A stretch of DNA of 27,951 nucleotides, from IMG/VR virus record IMGVR_UViG_3300005323_000036. One strand, written 5' to 3'. Below the pieces are notes generated by a model, which was not told the origin of the DNA, did not search any database, and saw only the letters and a program-made list of their open reading frames with translations. Source of the DNA: a virus (Duplodnaviria > Heunggongvirae > Uroviricota > Caudoviricetes). Position 1 is the first letter of the stretch. Every line of letters begins with the position of its first letter. A program made the translations under genes and the position numbers. Below, one piece after another: positions 24,615-27,951 of this stretch.

Positions 24615-24818
24615 ATGAAAACAAATTTTGAACTTAATGATGTTGAAATATCAAATGTTAAAAAATTTATGAGAATGCACGAAGAATGTGATACAAGTGC
24701 TGCTATTGGTGGAAGATTCACATATAAATTTATTCCTACTAGTATAGGAACAATTGTGATAATTAAGTGTAATATATGTAAGCGTAAAAATGATATTACA
24801 GACTATAGTTGCTGGTAA
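24615..24818 (+). CDS. Conserved phage hypothetical protein
   Basis: AIGGRFTYKFIPTSIG...KC..C....DITDY..W motif recalled from phage proteins. Confidence 0.8.
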   Translation: MKTNFELNDVEISNVKKFMRMHEECDTSAAIGGRFTYKFIPTSIGTIVIIKCNICKRKNDITDYSCW

Positions 24819-24961
24819 TGGAGAGTCTTGTGCCATTTAAACGTGAGCCTGGAACAAATGCCAGAGAGAAATTGTATCTAGGATATATTACTGAACGGTG
24901 TATTATTCTATGCCCATTGGTATCTGCAATAGTTATATCTTTATATTATTTTATTTTTTAG
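24818..24961 (+). CDS. Small C-terminally hydrophobic protein (47 aa, not in ORF track)
   Basis: TAATG coupling; MESLVPFKREPGTNAREKLYLGYITERCIILCPLVSAIVISLYYFIF. Confidence 0.5.
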   Translation: MESLVPFKREPGTNAREKLYLGYITERCIILCPLVSAIVISLYYFIF

Positions 24962-25062
24962 ATTTTCAATACTATACTTTTTATACTAACTATATTAATT
25001 AAACTAATGGAATTGCAGTGAAGTTAAAGAAAATAGGTCATAAAGCAAGCGAAGCGCGCGTC

Positions 25063-25109
25063 AACTCATAACAAAAAGAAAAAGAAAGAAAAACAATTTC
25101 TTCTTGCTA
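25063..25109 (+). repeat. Dispersed CTCATAAC-purine tract element, copy 4
   Basis: AACTCATAACAAAAAGAAAAAGAAAGAAAAACAATTTCTTCTTGCTA, closely similar to 6580-6627. Confidence 0.75.
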
Positions 25110-25322
25110 GGTCGGTACTAATTTATATGATCTTAAAGTATATAAACCTTTCTATTAATACATGGTGGTTTATGAATACATGAGTTTATGATTATTTCTA
25201 TTGTTACATGATATTAATAATCGTTACATAGATCTAAAACTTCACATTTCTTCTATCTTATATTTAAGTTTATGCGATACATTTAAATACTATAGTCGTT
25301 AAGTTTATATATAGATTCAAAT

Positions 25323-25739
25323 ATGCCAATTTCGTCAGAAGAATTATATGAATATTTAGTTCAGGAAGGATACAAAAAGGCTGATGGTGGAGTATTAGCC
25401 GAACACATGCGTGAATTTGTCAGGCAGTATTACCATGAGACTAGAACTACTCCGGGAATGGTTTATGCGCTTTGGGGTTGCTTTAAACAATCACGTGATC
25501 ATGAAGAAAATAAGAAATCATTAGAAACGTGTAGTAAAGTTCCTCCTTTTAGATATACTAAAGAAGAAGATAAACTTTGGAGATATAATAATAAAAAGGA
25601 AATGTGGACAGAAGTTAAAGATAGTTATTTTATAAATGTCCTTCGTAAAGCATATCCATTATTCATAGATAAAGAAGGAATACAATGGGCTCATCTTAAT
25701 CAACAGAAAAAATTGAGATTAAGAAAAAAGAAAGCATAA
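25323..25739 (+). CDS. Hypothetical protein
   Basis: ATG shortly after TTTATATA at about 25303; basic C-terminus. Confidence 0.75.
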   Translation: MPISSEELYEYLVQEGYKKADGGVLAEHMREFVRQYYHETRTTPGMVYALWGCFKQSRDHEENKKSLETCSKVPPFRYTKEEDKLWRYNNKKEMWTEVKDSYFINVLRKAYPLFIDKEGIQWAHLNQQKKLRLRKKKA

Positions 25740-25769
25740 GAGGTGTGGTAAAATGAATACTTATTCTTT

Positions 25770-26132
25770 GTGTATGAGGCCCTTTGTGAACGAGCGATTT
25801 TATGGAGCGTGGTGAACTTGTTTGCACAGCAGCAACGAGAAAACTTTACACCAAGAAAACCTTCTATAAAGCGAGATGAGGCATTAGTAAGAAAGTTTGA
25901 TGAGTTCTATAATGATGAATGGGATGAATCAATGTTTTACTTACCTAGTGATTTCATTGATAAGTTTGACATAAATAGGCATCTTGCTCGATATTATCTT
26001 ATGAATATGGTTTATGAAAAGAAACTGTTTAGAGTTAAATATTGCAATAAAACATATTATAGAAAAGAAGATGATTATTGGCATCCGCGATTTAAAGAAT
26101 TTATTTGGTTTGGCGTCGAAGTAACAAAATAA
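25770..26132 (+). CDS. Putative winged-helix DNA-binding protein (start uncertain)
   Basis: PSDFIDKFDINRHLARYYLMNMV.EKKLFRVKYCNKTYY is HTH-plus-wing-like. Confidence 0.6.
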   Translation: MYEALCERAILWSVVNLFAQQQRENFTPRKPSIKRDEALVRKFDEFYNDEWDESMFYLPSDFIDKFDINRHLARYYLMNMVYEKKLFRVKYCNKTYYRKEDDYWHPRFKEFIWFGVEVTK

Positions 26133-26224
26133 AGAGAGTTTAATAGATCTATTTTATTTTTTATTTTATTAATTAATATAAGTAAACGAAAGTTATTTAT
26201 AGTATAATTTATAATATTATAGTC

Positions 26225-26872
26225 ATGGGTGGATTTACATATGGTAATGAAACGAATCGATTGTTAGATTATGAATTGTCTGTAAAAAATGAATTTCCTT
26301 ATAAATTAAAATTTTCTGGATGCGTAAGGCCTTATATTATCTTTAAATTTTTAATAGATGTTATTGGTTTAGATAATGCTTGTCCGTATCCTGTATTAAA
26401 TGATTATATTGTAGATAGAGTAATAGTAAATTCTGGTGGATTTGATGTATTTGAATTGCGTTTAAGAATAAAGGAATTTATTACATTTAATATAGAGAAA
26501 TATATAAATCAATTAGATTTAAAATTTACAGATAGATTTGATTTTATCAAGATTGATAGAAAGTCCAGTGATTATATTGCTGGTTCTCATAATGCACAAA
26601 TATTAGACCAGAATGGTGAAATTCTTAAGATTAAAAGTTTTGATTTGAGATTATATACTAGTTTAGATAAGAAAGATGAATCTTTTGTTATTATATGTGG
26701 TAGACAAAATGACACTACATTATATGATTTGAATAAGATTAAAATTATTACCCGTAGTGTAGATGGATCAAAAATTACTGGAATTTTTGAATGTGATGTA
26801 GAATATAGAAATAAATATGAACGTGAATATTTTTATAAGTTGAATGAAATAACTAACGTAGAATATTTTTAG
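26225..26872 (+). CDS. Hypothetical protein, beta-rich
   Basis: 215-aa ATG ORF. Confidence 0.75.
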   Translation: MGGFTYGNETNRLLDYELSVKNEFPYKLKFSGCVRPYIIFKFLIDVIGLDNACPYPVLNDYIVDRVIVNSGGFDVFELRLRIKEFITFNIEKYINQLDLKFTDRFDFIKIDRKSSDYIAGSHNAQILDQNGEILKIKSFDLRLYTSLDKKDESFVIICGRQNDTTLYDLNKIKIITRSVDGSKITGIFECDVEYRNKYEREYFYKLNEITNVEYF

Positions 26873-27013
26873 GGTTCATGGATCTATAACCCACTTTCCT
26901 CCTCTTCTCCTTTCTTTCACATCGATATGTTTATTAGTGTTGAAGGATAATGTATAGAATGCATACGTGGTCAAAGAGAAAAGTTTTGTTAAAAAAGAAA
27001 ATTTGGTATTGTT

Positions 27014-27951
27014 ATGACATTTGAAGTAAATTTTGAAGATCTTGCAAAGCAGTTTAATGTTGATGTGGAACGCGCTACTGATCGTGGAACAAAACTTATT
27101 AGTGAAATTAACAAGTTGTTTCCGGATTCTGCAGATGAAGTTAAGTCGAACCTTTTCTATGCATCAATTGGAAATCAGTTGTTCTCAAGTGATTTTAAGA
27201 CACCGCTAGAATATGCAAAAGCAAAGGCAACTGAATACAAGGGTATTATTCTCTCAATGGGTTCTACTGAAGATGAGAATCGATTTGAAGTAATGAAGTG
27301 CCGTAACAAATTCAGGGAGAACTCAATGGTAGCGATCCAGGAAAAGTATATGGCACGTGTTACTAGTTCAGTTGAAAGGGAAGAGAATCTTGTAGATGTT
27401 GTAACTGAAGATTATGCATATGTAAAGGAAACTAAAACTATTTGGATGCGCAATCTTGATACAGAAGAGTGGGAAGATACAAAGTATGAGCCTTATGTAA
27501 CAGATGGAATTACTGCATTTGAAGTTCCACTGTGGCATAAGAAGGAAACCAATTCAAAGGAACCAAATCCATTCTATGGTAAGCCAATTCTTCCAAAGTA
27601 TGAGAAGCGTGCATTCTTTTGGATGGATGACAGTTTCTATGTTGCAAAAGGAGATATTGGAATTGAACACACTATCACCGATAAAGAAGGAAACAAGAAG
27701 AAAGTTGGTGTGGTTCCTGAACTTGGAGTGGAATGTTCTGTTTGGGGTAAGAAGACTGCGGTTGCAAATCAGTCATACAAGGGTGTAGTTAGTGTATGGA
27801 AGGAAGCATACAAAGCAGGTGCAAAAGTAGCACAGGAAAAACTGTGGGAAATTGCAGAGAAACTTTCCGAAATTGAATACACTGCAAAAGATAAGGCTAC
27901 TGGAAAGGAAGTTACCAAGTCTCTGTACGTAGATATTGGCGATGTCCAGGA
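27014..27951 (+). CDS. Large protein, 3' truncated by the window edge (possibly an OB-fold ssDNA-binding protein); absent from the ORF track
   Basis: Frame open from ATG 27014 (MTFEVNFEDLAKQFNVDVERA...PNPFYGKPILPKYEKRAFFW...) to the window end; many AAG/TAC/TTC codons. Confidence 0.8.
   Translation, partial: MTFEVNFEDLAKQFNVDVERATDRGTKLISEINKLFPDSADEVKSNLFYASIGNQLFSSDFKTPLEYAKAKATEYKGIILSMGSTEDENRFEVMKCRNKFRENSMVAIQEKYMARVTSSVEREENLVDVVTEDYAYVKETKTIWMRNLDTEEWEDTKYEPYVTDGITAFEVPLWHKKETNSKEPNPFYGKPILPKYEKRAFFWMDDSFYVAKGDIGIEHTITDKEGNKKKVGVVPELGVECSVWGKKTAVANQSYKGVVSVWKEAYKAGAKVAQEKLWEIAEKLSEIEYTAKDKATGKEVTKSLYVDIGDVQ

Noticed and set aside
3978-24836. Minus-strand track ORFs 3978-4172, 5193-5399, 7475-7660, 12054-12341, 13581-13811, 15864-16082, 19346-19576, 20365-20547, 21591-21824, 24651-24836
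   Set aside because: Antisense shadows of better-supported plus-strand genes, with no motifs or RBS
27504-27788. Track ORF of 94 aa
   Set aside because: Alternative-frame shadow inside the long ORF starting at 27014
1-27951. Stop-codon reassignment (e.g. TAG read as pyrrolysine)
   Set aside because: Recognisable genes are intact under code 11, and frames after TAG stops (4563, 26872) do not continue meaningfully
1-27951. Assignment as a Borg element
   Set aside because: No perfect tandem nucleotide-repeat arrays or Borg marker genes are visible; the window alone cannot distinguish virus from other extrachromosomal elements

Overview
Very AT-rich window (roughly one quarter G+C by eye), densely packed with about 70 mostly short, + strand, often Cys-rich hypothetical ORFs. 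This is the layout of the accessory/early region of a large dsDNA virus or virus-like extrachromosomal element. An archaeal host, probably a methanogen or ANME relative, is inferred from TTTATATA TATA boxes, GGTGA/GAGGT ribosome-binding sites, an archaeal-type PheRS-alpha N-terminal module and an ORB-like motif. Recognisable proteins: a RuvB-family ATPase with no RuvA in the window, a TIGR02328/pyrimidine-dimer-glycosylase-family protein, a stand-alone PheRS-alpha DNA-binding module, a YkgJ-type CxxCxxCC protein, a degenerate terminase-like ATPase domain, a PAS-like protein, a SLOG-like protein and a duplicated treble-clef zinc-finger protein. The most unusual features are non-coding. (1) An approximately 400-nt promoter-bounded structured RNA locus (23335-23756) contains a tRNA-like element with intact acceptor, D and T arms but the anticodon arm replaced by a GNRA mini-hairpin. 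(2) A second structured RNA lies at 7216-7446. (3) A TAGATCTA palindrome + polypyrimidine tract + TATA cassette recurs at gene-block boundaries. (4) A second dispersed ~50-bp element occurs in four copies. (5) A candidate origin region (30-2880) holds short repeats, a degenerate ~205-bp tandem repeat and an ORB-like box. No CRISPR array, rRNA, integrase or transposase was seen. All family calls come from motif recognition by eye, not database searches.
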